This document shows positions 10,335 to 20,894 of a stretch of DNA of 64,000 nt, piece by piece. Position 1 is the first letter of the stretch. Every line of letters starts with the position of its first letter. A program made the translations under genes and the position numbers. The stretch lies in IMG/VR virus record IMGVR_UViG_3300042453_001749; one strand, given 5' to 3'. The notes under the pieces were generated by a model. It was not told the DNA's origin, ran no database searches, and saw nothing but the letters and a program-made list of their open reading frames with translations. This DNA comes from an uncultured virus (IMG/VR IMGVR_UViG_3300042453_001749). Lineage: Duplodnaviria > Heunggongvirae > Uroviricota > Caudoviricetes.

Positions 10335-11339
10335 ATGGACTTTCTTAAAGATATTGTAAAAGAAATTGGTGGAGAGTACACGCAACTCGCCTCTGATATT
10401 GATGAGACTGAAAGTTATGTTGATACGGGTTCATACATTTTTAATGCACTGGTTTCAGGTAGTGTATTTGGTGGTGTATCTGGGAATAAAATTACTGCTA
10501 TTGCTGGAGAGTCTTCTACTGGAAAGACTTTTTTCTCTCTCGCCGTTGTTAAGAACTTTCTTGATACTCATTCCGATGGTTACTGCCTCTACTTTGATAC
10601 TGAGGCTGCTATTACTAAATCTCTATTAGAATCTCGTGGAATTGATACTACTCGTTTGGTTGTTGTTAATGTTGTTACTGTCGAAGAGTTTCGTACAAAG
10701 GCGCTCAAAGCAGTAGATCTTTATATGAAGAAACCTGAAGGTGAACGCAGTCCTTGTATGTTTGTGTTAGACTCTTTGGGAATGCTTTCCACAAGTAAAG
10801 AGATTAATGATGCTCTGAATGATAAGGAAGTTCGTGATATGACCAAATCACAACTTATCAAGGGCGCATTTCGTATGCTTACCTTAAAACTTGGTCAAGC
10901 AAATATTCCAATGATTGTTACTAACCACACTTATGATGTTATCGGATCTTATGTACCAACTAAAGAAATGGGCGGCGGCAGCGGACTCAAGTACGCAGCA
11001 AGTACGATCATTTATCTCAGCAAAAAGAAAGAAAAGGATGGAACGGAAGTGGTCGGAAATATTATCAAAGCTAAGACTGCTAAATCGCGTTTGAGTAAGG
11101 AGAACAAAGATGTTGAAGTCCGTCTGTATTATGATGAGCGCGGCCTTGATCGTTACTATGGTCTTCTGGAACTTGGTGAGATTGGTGGACTCTGGAAGAA
11201 TGTAGCAGGACGCTATGAGATTGATGGTAAGAAAATTTACGCTAAGCAAATTCTTTCAAATCCAGAAGAATACTTTACTGAAGAAGTAATGGAAAAATTG
11301 GATGTGATTGCTAAAGGCGAATTTTCCTATGGCTCTTGA
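10335..11339 (+). CDS. uvsX: RecA-like recombinase UvsX
   Basis: [29 protein letters not shown]. Confidence 0.95.
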   Translation: MDFLKDIVKEIGGEYTQLASDIDETESYVDTGSYIFNALVSGSVFGGVSGNKITAIAGESSTGKTFFSLAVVKNFLDTHSDGYCLYFDTEAAITKSLLESRGIDTTRLVVVNVVTVEEFRTKALKAVDLYMKKPEGERSPCMFVLDSLGMLSTSKEINDALNDKEVRDMTKSQLIKGAFRMLTLKLGQANIPMIVTNHTYDVIGSYVPTKEMGGGSGLKYAASTIIYLSKKKEKDGTEVVGNIIKAKTAKSRLSKENKDVEVRLYYDERGLDRYYGLLELGEIGGLWKNVAGRYEIDGKKIYAKQILSNPEEYFTEEVMEKLDVIAKGEFSYGS

Positions 11340-11889
11340 ACTTAGAGATTTTATTAAAACCTATGATAGTGCTTTACCAGAAAACGTGTGTGATTTTTTG
11401 GTAAAGACTTTTGAATCTAACGAGAATAAACAAGAAAGAGTCGAAGAAAACAAGACTCCAAACTTTACACAGTACAATTTAACCGAAAATATATCTGACT
11501 CTCAAGATTTGAATGCAGTTCATAATTATTTGATTTCTGAAGTTTTTCACTATAGAAATTTATATTATGAACATGTTGATAAAAGATGTTTCCCACAAGA
11601 ACATAACTTTGAGGAGTTTAGAATTAAAAGGTACATGAATGATGGAAACGATATGTTTGATACTCATGTCGATGTAACTGATCATTCAAGCGCAGTTCGC
11701 TACTTATCATTTATGTGGTATTTAAACGATGTGAATGAGGGTGGAGAAACAATCTTTAGTGATGTTATAATTAAACCTCGGAAGGGAACTTTGTTAGTTT
11801 TTCCCCCCCTGTGGATATTTCCTCATAAAGGAATGCCTCCAATTAGTAACGAAAAGTATCTCTTGAGCACTTATTTGCATTATCAGTAA
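11329..11889 (+). CDS. 2OG-Fe(II) oxygenase
   Basis: HVD...[12 protein letters not shown]...FPH...KY. Confidence 0.9.
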   Translation: MALELRDFIKTYDSALPENVCDFLVKTFESNENKQERVEENKTPNFTQYNLTENISDSQDLNAVHNYLISEVFHYRNLYYEHVDKRCFPQEHNFEEFRIKRYMNDGNDMFDTHVDVTDHSSAVRYLSFMWYLNDVNEGGETIFSDVIIKPRKGTLLVFPPLWIFPHKGMPPISNEKYLLSTYLHYQ

Positions 11890-13265
11890 TGGAAAAGATT
11901 GAATTTTTGATTCTTAGAAATTTACTTTATTTGGAGGATTATGTAAGAAAAGTTATACCGTTTATTAAACCAGAATATTTTGAAGATATTAATCAAAAAA
12001 TTGTCTTTGAAGAAATCTTTTCTTTTTTAGAGCAGTATAATGAACTTCCAACAAAAGAAGTTCTTTGTATTGAAGTAGAAAAACGTAAGGATATTAATGA
12101 TACTTCTTTTAAAGAAGTCATTCATCTTATTGATTGTCTTGAGGATATTCCTGTAGAAATAAATTGGTTAATAGATACTACTGAAAAGTGGTGCCGTGAT
12201 CGTGCAATTTATCTTGCACTGATGGAATCAATTCATATTGCTGATGGTAAAGATGATAAACGAGGAAGAGATTCAATTCCAACTATTCTATCCGATGCTC
12301 TTGCAGTATCTTTTGATACTCATATTGGCCATGATTATCTGCTAGACTACGAAAAACGTTATGAATCCTATCATAAAAAGGAAGATAAGATCGAATTTGA
12401 TCTGGAATATTTCAATAAGATTACAAAAGGTGGTCTCCCTAATAAGACTCTCAACATCGCTCTTGCTGGGACGGGCGTTGGGAAATCGCTATTCATGTGT
12501 CATGTGGCTAGTTCCGTCCTATTGCAAGGCAGGAACGTTCTCTATATCACTCTTGAAATGGCGGAAGAACGAATTGCTGAGCGAATTGATGCGAATCTTT
12601 TGAACGTTCCAATTCAAGATATTGCAGATCTTCCAAAACAGATGTTTGAGAGTAAGGTTACAAATCTTGCAAAGAAAACTCAGGGCACTCTTATAATTAA
12701 AGAATACCCAACGGCATCCGCTCATGCTGGACACTTTAAAGCACTTCTCAATGAACTTCTACTTAAGAAGTCATTTAGACCTGATATTATTTTCATTGAT
12801 TACCTTAATATTTGTGCTTCCTCTAGGTATCGCGGAAACAGTAACATTAATTCTTATACATTTGTCAAGGCAATTGCTGAAGAACTTAGAGGACTTGCAG
12901 TTGAATTCAACGTACCAATCGTATCTGCTACTCAAACCACTCGTAGCGGTTACGGTAGTAGCGATGTTGAACTTACTGATACTTCTGAGTCCTTTGGTCT
13001 CCCTGCTACTGCTGATCTTATGTTTGCCCTTATTAGCACAGAAGAGTTGGAGGGTTTGGGACAAATATTGGTAAAACAACTTAAGAATCGATATAACGAT
13101 CCAACCATTTATAAACGATTTGTTGTTGGTATTGATCGTGCAAAGATGCGACTTTATGATTGTGAACAAAGTGCTCAATCGGATATACTTGACTCTGGAC
13201 AAGAAGAAGAGTATGATAATGAAGAAAGAAAACCTAAAAAATCATTTGAGGGATTTAAGTTTTGA
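11889..13265 (+). CDS. gp41: Replicative helicase (T4 gp41)
   Basis: AGTGVGKS, TLEMAE, IDYLNI, SATQTTR, SESFG, QLKNRY. Confidence 0.95.
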   Translation: MEKIEFLILRNLLYLEDYVRKVIPFIKPEYFEDINQKIVFEEIFSFLEQYNELPTKEVLCIEVEKRKDINDTSFKEVIHLIDCLEDIPVEINWLIDTTEKWCRDRAIYLALMESIHIADGKDDKRGRDSIPTILSDALAVSFDTHIGHDYLLDYEKRYESYHKKEDKIEFDLEYFNKITKGGLPNKTLNIALAGTGVGKSLFMCHVASSVLLQGRNVLYITLEMAEERIAERIDANLLNVPIQDIADLPKQMFESKVTNLAKKTQGTLIIKEYPTASAHAGHFKALLNELLLKKSFRPDIIFIDYLNICASSRYRGNSNINSYTFVKAIAEELRGLAVEFNVPIVSATQTTRSGYGSSDVELTDTSESFGLPATADLMFALISTEELEGLGQILVKQLKNRYNDPTIYKRFVVGIDRAKMRLYDCEQSAQSDILDSGQEEEYDNEERKPKKSFEGFKF

Positions 13266-13549
13266 AGAAATATCAGTCCGATGATAACTTTTCAGTGATT
13301 GATAAAAGAACTGGAAGAAAAATTTGTGATTGTGCAGATGAACAAGATGCTCTGATGATGGTTTCTTTTGATCCTGCAAATAGAACAATTACAAGAAATC
13401 AATTTTTGATGGGGCAGGTTGTTGATATTGAAATTCCAAAACAACTTCCTACAAGTGAAGTGGTTGTTGCTAAAAAACCAACTCCTAAAAAACTTAAACC
13501 TCATCAAAATAAATTAAAAGAAAACGACTTACAAGAATTTATTGTGTAA
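13262..13549 (+). CDS. Hypothetical protein
   Basis: TTG start overlapping the gp41 stop. Confidence 0.55.
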   Translation: MKKYQSDDNFSVIDKRTGRKICDCADEQDALMMVSFDPANRTITRNQFLMGQVVDIEIPKQLPTSEVVVAKKPTPKKLKPHQNKLKENDLQEFIV

Positions 13550-13559
13550 TTAATTTACT

Positions 13560-13979
13560 ATGACTGAAACCGCAAAACAAGTTAATTTTAATAAGTATGC
13601 TGAGTTTGTGGATGCTGTGACTTCAGATGCATCCAAAGACTTTCTTGCTCTTTCTGATCGTTTGGTTGAACTTGATGAGAAAGGTGCTAACATTGAACGT
13701 CTTTTGACTGCTTCGGTTGGCATCAATGCCGAAGGCGGTGAGTTCATGGAAATCGTCAAGAAAATGGTGTTCCAGGGCAAACCTTATAATGAGGATAATC
13801 GTGAACATCTAATCATTGAACTGGGTGATATCATGTGGTATGTTGCTCAGGCATGTATTGCATTGGATACTACACTTGATGATGTAGTTGCCCGTAATGT
13901 GCAGAAACTTCTTAAGCGTTATCCTGAAGGCGCTTTTGATGTTTATTTTTCTGAAAACCGTGCTGCTGATGACCGATGA
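13560..13979 (+). CDS. mazG: MazG nucleotide pyrophosphohydrolase
   Basis: AEGGEFMEIVKK...ELGDIMWY...NVQKLLKRYP. Confidence 0.92.
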   Translation: MTETAKQVNFNKYAEFVDAVTSDASKDFLALSDRLVELDEKGANIERLLTASVGINAEGGEFMEIVKKMVFQGKPYNEDNREHLIIELGDIMWYVAQACIALDTTLDDVVARNVQKLLKRYPEGAFDVYFSENRAADDR

Positions 13980-14155
13980 CTAAAGAAAAACAAGTTACTC
14001 TTAAATTAGATTCTAAGACTGCACTTGAATTACTTCAAGTATTGGATAGTTCTGTTGCTGGGTATAGCAAAGAATATGCTCCAGAAAGAATCGTAAGATT
14101 GCGTAATCTTATGAGCAACCTTGATCAAGAACTTGAAAAAGTAATTCTTGAGTGA
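13976..14155 (+). CDS. Small hypothetical protein (59 aa, not in ORF track)
   Basis: ATGA overlap; MTKEKQVTLKLDSK... Confidence 0.55.
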   Translation: MTKEKQVTLKLDSKTALELLQVLDSSVAGYSKEYAPERIVRLRNLMSNLDQELEKVILE

Positions 14156-14159
14156 TCAG

Positions 14160-14192
14160 TATCCCCATCTTGGGGATATTTTTTTATAAATA
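14160..14192 (+). terminator. Terminator followed by a T4 late promoter
   Basis: TATCCCCA-TCT-TGGGGATA plus T-run; TATAAATA 14185-14192. Confidence 0.7.
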
Positions 14193-14213
14193 TTTGAAAA
14201 GGTTTTTAATGAA

Positions 14214-14783
14214 ATGGATCCAAAACTTTTTCAAAGTCTGAATGAAGCATATCAGCAAGTTTACTTAGATCAAGAAGAGACTGAGCAACTTGATGAGATA
14301 TCCGCGAATCTTGCTCTGACTGCATCACAAAAGGCGGATGAAATAAGAAGAAAAGCATCTATTGCTGGAGATAGAGAGACTGCTTCTAAAAAGGCACAAC
14401 AAGCATCTCGTATCTATTCCAAAGTTGGTAAGTTGAGAGCAAAGGAAAGGACTGTTAAACTAAGCAAGGAAGAGTTTGATATCTTTGATTTAGTTCTTGA
14501 GTTTCTTTGTGTTGAGGGATTTGCAGAAACTCTGGAAGAAGCACAAGAGATGATGGTTTCATTAACTAAAGAAGATATTGATACAATTGTTGAAACTCGT
14601 ATGGATCCAAGAGGTCGTCCTGCTTCAGGACCTATGAATGTTTATAAGCAATCCAAACCAAACAATGATCCTGCATTTCAGGCTGCATTGAAATCTCATA
14701 GAGAAAAGGAAGCGAAAAAGTCACCTGAGCAAAGAAAGGCAGAACTTGATGCTTACATCAAGAGACAAAGAGAAAACAAGTAA
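14214..14783 (+). CDS. Late protein, probable internal head protein family
   Basis: LNEAYQQVY...FDLVLEFL..EGFAETLEEA shared with 27044; late promoter. Confidence 0.6.
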   Translation: MDPKLFQSLNEAYQQVYLDQEETEQLDEISANLALTASQKADEIRRKASIAGDRETASKKAQQASRIYSKVGKLRAKERTVKLSKEEFDIFDLVLEFLCVEGFAETLEEAQEMMVSLTKEDIDTIVETRMDPRGRPASGPMNVYKQSKPNNDPAFQAALKSHREKEAKKSPEQRKAELDAYIKRQRENK

Positions 14784-14813
14784 TAAATAACCACGGAAGG
14801 TTGCTCTAACCCC

Positions 14814-14842
14814 TTGACTTCTTAGTTGAGGGGTTTTATAAT
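14814..14842 (+). promoter_or_regulatory. Sigma70-type promoter for tRNA-Ala
   Basis: TTGACT-N17-TATAAT. Confidence 0.75.
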
Positions 14843-14903
14843 ATATACTGATAGAGGTTAAGTCCCTGTTATATCCTTGAGGTGTATCACACTTAATCCA
14901 TCT

Positions 14904-14976
14904 GGGGAATTAGCTCAGTTGGTAGAGCATCGCCTTTGCAAGGCGGGTGTCAGGAGTTCAAGTCTCCTATTCTCCA
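14904..14976 (+). tRNA. trnA: tRNA-Ala(TGC)
   Basis: Cloverleaf: GGGGAAT/ATTCTCC, anticodon loop TT-TGC-AA, TTCAAGT T-loop. Confidence 0.93.
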
Positions 14977-15004
14977 TTCTAAATATCTAAAAGACTTTAG
15001 TTCA

Positions 15005-16678
15005 ATGTCTGCTGAAATAATAAAAGGAAACATTGATTTGGTGTTTGGGGACTTAAATAAGTTTTTTAATTCTATATCTCAAAAGGGAGGGGATAGGGAA
15101 ATAGATCCATGGGATAACAAATCCCAAGATATGGTGGTTCTTAAAAGCAAAAGCACATTACTTTTAAAACCAAGAATAAAATCAAAGAAAGAAAGAGACT
15201 GGTTGCGTGGAGAATTTAAGTCCTACATTGAAAGTATAAAAGATAATTTAGAAAAAGAAATTGTAAAATTAGTTCCACCTCAAATTGCATATCAATTTTC
15301 ATATACTGAAGAAGTTGTAGCTGGAACTGGATTAAAGTCTTTTATTATTAGAGTAGTTGAAAAAGGTAAGAACAGACCATCAATTACCATATTATTGCAG
15401 TCTAAAGGAATATCAAATGGGTCTGGAGCATCTGAAGATCCTCATGAACTTATGACTGCAGCTTTAATCAAAGAAAAGATGATTGTGAATTATGAGGTAA
15501 TTAACAATAAACCAGATGCTAAGAGATTTGCTGAGTATAAAAAAATTGTAGATAAGTTATATCAATCTGCAAGAACTGTTGTTGGTGCTGCTGGATTGAA
15601 TGGATTCTATACGGATTCGTCAAATCAAGAACCAGATCTAGTTAATCTAGCAAAGGCAATATCAGTATCAAATTATGTTGTAGAGCAAATTGGAAATGCC
15701 GATGTTCTCACTGTATGGCAGACTGGAACTAAGTGGGCAAATGAAATTAAAAAATTCAATGTAGGTCCAAAGACAATTCAAAACTATAACTCTTCAGATA
15801 TTATTGTTAAATTTAAAACTAAAGGAAAAAACGAAGCAGAACACTATTGGGGATTGTCTTTGAAAAAAAGGGGTCTGGGTGAACCAGAACCTACACTGCT
15901 CAATAAACCAGCCTTTGGATCTAAAGGATTTCTAACTAAAACTATAAAAGAAACGGGTGAACATCAAAAAATTGAACAAGCTAAGGAAAAGTTTTTTAAA
16001 CAAGCATTGGAAATTAAAACTGGAAATGTAAAGTATAAGGATAAAGTCATTCAAAAGATGAATGTTAAAGAAGTTTTGAAGGCATGTAATACTGAATTTA
16101 CAAATTCAAAAGAAAAGAGTGAGATGTTGAGGGGTCAGGGTAAATATTCTGGAAATCCAAATATTTACTTTAAAGAAATGGATCGAGTATTTTTAAAATA
16201 CTTCGATAATAATAAAGAATTTTTTGAAGAATTTTTAGATACTATTTTTAAAATAAAATTGGATTCTTATTTGGAAGATACTTCATTTCATTTTAGTTTG
16301 ATAACTGGTGAGGGTGATTATAAAAAAGGAAAAATACTTGAGGTAAAACCACCGCTAGAGAAAGAGGGTAGAACTACAGCAGAAATATTCAGAAAACTTT
16401 TTTCTGATCCAGATAATACGCAATTTAGAATTGTTAAACAAGCAGATAAGTTTCATGCTTTTGAACCACCTGCTACTGCAGCAAAATTATTTTATGAGAT
16501 GATTATTGGAAAACCTGGACAACCAGTAAGTATCGTTATGTTGGAAGTTAGATATAAAGGTGCTCTTACTGGAGAACCTCAATTTCAAGTTTTTATGTCT
16601 GTAAAACAAAATAGTTTTGCTAATCTATATAAAAAGGAGGCAGCTAAAAAAACTTGGGGATCTGCCCGCTGGGAATGA
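15005..16678 (+). CDS. Large hypothetical protein, possible PD-(D/E)xK nuclease fold
   Basis: HELMTA...SSDIIVK...WGLSLKK; start moved to 15005 because 14936 lies inside the tRNA. Confidence 0.6.
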   Translation: MSAEIIKGNIDLVFGDLNKFFNSISQKGGDREIDPWDNKSQDMVVLKSKSTLLLKPRIKSKKERDWLRGEFKSYIESIKDNLEKEIVKLVPPQIAYQFSYTEEVVAGTGLKSFIIRVVEKGKNRPSITILLQSKGISNGSGASEDPHELMTAALIKEKMIVNYEVINNKPDAKRFAEYKKIVDKLYQSARTVVGAAGLNGFYTDSSNQEPDLVNLAKAISVSNYVVEQIGNADVLTVWQTGTKWANEIKKFNVGPKTIQNYNSSDIIVKFKTKGKNEAEHYWGLSLKKRGLGEPEPTLLNKPAFGSKGFLTKTIKETGEHQKIEQAKEKFFKQALEIKTGNVKYKDKVIQKMNVKEVLKACNTEFTNSKEKSEMLRGQGKYSGNPNIYFKEMDRVFLKYFDNNKEFFEEFLDTIFKIKLDSYLEDTSFHFSLITGEGDYKKGKILEVKPPLEKEGRTTAEIFRKLFSDPDNTQFRIVKQADKFHAFEPPATAAKLFYEMIIGKPGQPVSIVMLEVRYKGALTGEPQFQVFMSVKQNSFANLYKKEAAKKTWGSARWE

Positions 16679-16712
16679 GTAGTTAATAAATATAGGTATA
16701 TCAACACAAAAT

Positions 16713-17894
16713 ATGAAAAGTTTTTCAAGATTTCTATCTGAGGCAAAAGAGTCGCTTGCTGTAACTCAAGCGAAACGTCTTGGTTTGACTGGAGATGGAC
16801 ACGGTGGGTGGTATGATAAAAATGGAGAATTTACTGCGAAAACAGTTAATGGTAAACTGAAGTTTTATAATCAAAATCAAACACCTGGAAGACAAGATCC
16901 TCCACAACAAAGAACTCAAGCAAATCAATCTCCTGTTGCGACTCAAACACAACAACCTCAGCAGCAAGATCAACAAGAACCAGAACAAGTAGAAGATAGA
17001 GGAACTCTAACAGTTGCTTTTGGTAGATTTAATCCACCAACTGTTGGCCATGAAAAACTTTTAAATCATGTTGCAAAGGTTGCTGGAAAAGGAGACTACA
17101 GAATTTATCCATCAAGATCTAATGACCCAAAGAAAAATCCATTAGATCCAGATACTAAAATTTCTGTTATGCGTCAAATGTATCCTAAGCATGGTGAAAG
17201 GATTGTAAACGATGCAAATTCAAAAACAATTTTTGATGTATTAAAACAAGCACATGCGGATGGATATTCTGGCGTAAACATTGTTGTTGGCGCAGATCGT
17301 CAAGCAGAATTTGAAAAACTTTCAAAACAATATAATGGAGAACTATATGACTTCAAAGATATTAATGTAGTTTCTGCTGGAGAAAGAGATCCCGATGCAG
17401 AAGGTGTAGAGGGAATGTCTGCATCTAAACTTCGCAAAGCAGCAGCTGAGGGAGATTTTGCTTCATTTAGATCTGGTGTACCGAAAACCTTAGACGATAA
17501 GGCAACCAAACAACTCTATAATACTCTTCGTAAGAGTATGAAAATTAAAGAAGGTTGGAGTCTTTGGGAAATTGCTCCTAAGTTTGATTGGATAAATCTC
17601 AGAGAAAATTATGTAACTGAAAATATATTTAATATTGGACAACTTGTAGAAAATTTAAACACTGGATTGATCGGCCGTATTATTCGCAGAGGTACAAATT
17701 ACTTGATTTGTGTAACTGAAGACAATATTATGTTCAAATCTTGGATTAGGGATGTAAAAGAATGGACTGAAGTTTCTGGAGTTCCTGCAGAAAAAAGGTT
17801 GGTTGGGACAGATTCTCATAGAGAATATGTTATGAAAATGACTGGAACTAAAGAAATCAAAAATTTCATAAATAAGTATAAGGCAAAAAAGTAA
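16713..17894 (+). CDS. Cytidyltransferase-like (HxGH) nucleotidyltransferase
   Basis: FGRFNPPTVGHEKL, VVGADR, MSASKLR; N-terminus MKSFSRFLSE. Confidence 0.88.
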   Translation: MKSFSRFLSEAKESLAVTQAKRLGLTGDGHGGWYDKNGEFTAKTVNGKLKFYNQNQTPGRQDPPQQRTQANQSPVATQTQQPQQQDQQEPEQVEDRGTLTVAFGRFNPPTVGHEKLLNHVAKVAGKGDYRIYPSRSNDPKKNPLDPDTKISVMRQMYPKHGERIVNDANSKTIFDVLKQAHADGYSGVNIVVGADRQAEFEKLSKQYNGELYDFKDINVVSAGERDPDAEGVEGMSASKLRKAAAEGDFASFRSGVPKTLDDKATKQLYNTLRKSMKIKEGWSLWEIAPKFDWINLRENYVTENIFNIGQLVENLNTGLIGRIIRRGTNYLICVTEDNIMFKSWIRDVKEWTEVSGVPAEKRLVGTDSHREYVMKMTGTKEIKNFINKYKAKK

Positions 17895-17908
17895 GTAACA
17901 GTATTAAA

Positions 17909-19699
17909 ATGTCGATGAATCCTCTTAACGATATCTCCTCTGTTTATCTGAAGGAGGTATTAAAACCTCAACTGGGTAAAGGCGCAGCAGCACCTGCAAA
18001 AAAGGAAGGTGGAGAAAAACCATCTGCTGAAGGTGGAGAAAAGAAAGAAGGTGATGCTTCTGCAGGTTCTGCAAAGAGAGTTCGTCAGGCAGTTTATGAT
18101 ATTCGCTATAGAGCACGTAGAGAAGAAATTCCAGTTCAACAAGCATATAACCAGTACATGTCGCATACGACCATGACTGGTCCAGAAAAATCTGAAGTTA
18201 AATCAAAACTTGGTGAAGAAAGAGTTGTTGAAGAAGTAGAAGAGAAAAAGTTTCAAGTTCGCGTAACTGATAAAAATTCTGGTAAGTCATATGTTCGTAT
18301 GGCTACCCGTGAAAAGATCAATCAACTTCGTGCAAATCCAAATATTTCTTCAGTTGAAATGACGAAATATGGATCACCTTATGAGGGTGAAAAGAGAAAA
18401 GGTGAGCAAACCGCAGCAGTTAAATCGGGTAAAGGTCTTTCTAAAAAGGATTATGATGGTGATGGTAAAGTAGAAAGCGGTGCTAAAGAGTATCGCGGTG
18501 CAGTCCATAACGCTATTCAGCGTAAGAAAGGTGGAAAGGCAGATGGTCAGGATACTTCAAGCGTAAAGGAAGGTTTTTCAAACTGGAGACAGGATTTAGT
18601 TGAGATTGTTGATGAAATTAAAAGTGAAAACGGAAAAAAGATTAAAGAGAAAAATGTAAAAAATAAAATTACAATTAACCCACCATTAAAAGAAGCAGTT
18701 GAAAATCTTGGTGGAGAATTACTTGAAGTCGAAGAAGTTCAACTTGATGAAGTATCCCCACCATCTGCTAAAGCAGAGCGTATGGTTAAGCATATTAAGA
18801 AAGGATATGCTAAAGATGGAAAACTAACTAAGAAAGAAAAGTCAATTGCTTATGCTACTGCTTGGAAGCAATATAATAAAGAGGACTTTGAAATTGAAGA
18901 GGCAAAGCAAACTTTCCCCGCAAAGAAAGTTGCAAAGCAAATGGAAAAGGCAAGAAAAGGTTCTGTCTATGGTAGAGAGACTAAGAATGTACCTTCTCCT
19001 CAAGTAAGTGATTCTGAAAAGAAAAATACCACTCGTTTCAGTAAGATGTTCCATGCATCTGAAAAGGCAAAGAGAGAAAAACAGGATGCTGCTAAAGCAT
19101 CAAGATCTTCAACTTTCTACAAAGACACTCATCCAGCAAGTCCTGCTAAGATGAAGAAGGCAAACGAAGAAATTGAATTTGTTGAGCAAAATCTCCCATC
19201 AAATACTGGAGTAACAAAACAACCAACTGGGTCTACAAAATCAACTTCAAAAACTCAGTCAACTGCACAGGATGCTCAAAGAAAGCAACAAGTTCAACAG
19301 TTGAGAACTATGATTATGAAGAAGCGTCAACTTCAAAATCAAGAACTTGCACTTCAAAAACAAGGAAAACTTCCAGTTGATACTCATGCAACCGAAGAGT
19401 TTCACCTAGATGAACTTAATCGTTATGAAAAAGAAACTGGTAAATCTTCTGGTTCTCTGAATATGCCTAAAGGTCGCCCTACAAAAAAAGGTGGAGAAAC
19501 TGATCCTGTGATGAGATCGGTTAGACAGTCAATGCGTAAACAATCAGGAACACCAGTAGGTCAACAGAAAAAGGAGAAGGGTAAAAAACCACCTGTAGCG
19601 GGTGAATATGGCGCTCCAGCATCTCCTGCTCAAAAAGTTGCAAAACGTCGTGCTGCTGCTCAAAGATCACAGGACATGATGCATTCAAGGTTTGATTGA
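17909..19699 (+). CDS. Large low-complexity late protein (probable virion internal protein)
   Basis: K/E-rich, many (L/I/V)xE sites, DYDGDGK motif. Confidence 0.6.
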   Translation: MSMNPLNDISSVYLKEVLKPQLGKGAAAPAKKEGGEKPSAEGGEKKEGDASAGSAKRVRQAVYDIRYRARREEIPVQQAYNQYMSHTTMTGPEKSEVKSKLGEERVVEEVEEKKFQVRVTDKNSGKSYVRMATREKINQLRANPNISSVEMTKYGSPYEGEKRKGEQTAAVKSGKGLSKKDYDGDGKVESGAKEYRGAVHNAIQRKKGGKADGQDTSSVKEGFSNWRQDLVEIVDEIKSENGKKIKEKNVKNKITINPPLKEAVENLGGELLEVEEVQLDEVSPPSAKAERMVKHIKKGYAKDGKLTKKEKSIAYATAWKQYNKEDFEIEEAKQTFPAKKVAKQMEKARKGSVYGRETKNVPSPQVSDSEKKNTTRFSKMFHASEKAKREKQDAAKASRSSTFYKDTHPASPAKMKKANEEIEFVEQNLPSNTGVTKQPTGSTKSTSKTQSTAQDAQRKQQVQQLRTMIMKKRQLQNQELALQKQGKLPVDTHATEEFHLDELNRYEKETGKSSGSLNMPKGRPTKKGGETDPVMRSVRQSMRKQSGTPVGQQKKEKGKKPPVAGEYGAPASPAQKVAKRRAAAQRSQDMMHSRFD

Positions 19700-19737
19700 T
19701 CTAAATAGGACAGGATACTCTTCACACGGAGGTCATT

Positions 19738-19917
19738 ATGTCTGCACTAGTCGCTTGGTGTCTTGCTAATCAGGCTCTGATTGCAACAGTTCTGTTTGCA
19801 GTTTCAGAGGCATTGGGAGCAAACCCAAAGGTAAAATCAAACGGTATTCTTTCACTCATTCTTATTCAAGCTCAAGCAGCACTTAAGAAGAAAGGCGCTA
19901 CAGATTTAACTCCTTGA
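19738..19917 (+). CDS. Small membrane protein (59 aa, not in ORF track)
   Basis: SD GGAGG; MSALVAWCLANQALIATVLFAVSEALGANPKVKSNG... Confidence 0.65.
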   Translation: MSALVAWCLANQALIATVLFAVSEALGANPKVKSNGILSLILIQAQAALKKKGATDLTP

Positions 19918-19941
19918 ACTAAAAAATAAAAATGCATTTCT

Positions 19942-19975
19942 AGGAGAAGTGAGAACTTCTCCTTTTTTATAAATA
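19942..19975 (+). terminator. Terminator plus late promoter
   Basis: AGGAGAAGT-GAGA-ACTTCTCCT plus T-run; TATAAATA 19968-19975. Confidence 0.7.
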
Positions 19976-20009
19976 TTCTTAGATTAACTATTCGTGTAGG
20001 GTAAACAAA

Positions 20010-20888
20010 ATGGCACTCTGGGGCAAAGCGGACGACATTTATTCTCCTGGTTCCGTAACCGTAAATTATGAAAATAAAACAATTACTGGTACTGGTACTT
20101 CATTCACCTCTGCATCTGAAGGTGATGTTATCAGCATTGGAACTGGAAAGACTTTTGGTTCTGCAGTAATCTCAGGAATTACTTCAAATACTGTGATTTC
20201 AATTGCTTCAACTGATACCTTAAATGGTGAAGCAATTTCTGCAGTAAGTGTATATACAATTTCTCAGATGCCTAAGTATGCACTACTTGATTCTAATTAT
20301 ACCGACGCGCAGATTTTTGGAGCAGACAGCAATATTGAAGTAGACGCAAATACTGGAACTCAATACGCTCTAACTCATGCTGGTTGGGTTGGAATTAAGA
20401 CTTATGTTGATACTGATGGAAATCTGAGAGTAAAGACTGAAACTCTTGTAGCGATGTCTGGTATTTCCACAGGAACTGCGGATTATATCAATACTGCAAC
20501 AGCAACTGATTATGAGGACATTGTTACTGCTGCTGGTGATGCAGCGGATGATGCTACACTTCAGGATGTGAAGATTACAATCAATACTCAACCATCTAAT
20601 GCTGTTGGTGTTGCTACAACTACGCTTACCTTTACAGTTGCTGCTATTTCTGATCCCCCAGGAAATGCTTCAGCACTTAGCTACCTCTGGCAGGTATCTA
20701 CTAATAGTGGAACATCCTGGTCCGATCTTTCTAACGGTGGTGATTATAGCAATACAACGACTGCAACAGTTAGTGTTGCTAATACCAACGCTGTTAAGAA
20801 TGGTTACCAGTATCGTGTACTTCTCTCCGCAACTGGAGCACGTATAGTTGCTTCAAATGCTGCAACACTAGGAGTAACTACCGTTTGA
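20010..20888 (+). CDS. Virion structural protein with a C-terminal Ig-like domain
   Basis: MALWG, HAGWVG, ETLVAM; ITINTQP...LSYLWQ...NGYQYRV. Confidence 0.75.
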   Translation: MALWGKADDIYSPGSVTVNYENKTITGTGTSFTSASEGDVISIGTGKTFGSAVISGITSNTVISIASTDTLNGEAISAVSVYTISQMPKYALLDSNYTDAQIFGADSNIEVDANTGTQYALTHAGWVGIKTYVDTDGNLRVKTETLVAMSGISTGTADYINTATATDYEDIVTAAGDAADDATLQDVKITINTQPSNAVGVATTTLTFTVAAISDPPGNASALSYLWQVSTNSGTSWSDLSNGGDYSNTTTATVSVANTNAVKNGYQYRVLLSATGARIVASNAATLGVTTV

Positions 20889-20894
20889 TAGAAT

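Noticed and set aside
14936..15004. N-terminal extensions of ORFs 14936, 30699 and 34202
   Set aside because: They begin inside tRNA genes; downstream ATGs (15005, 30777, 34301) are more plausible
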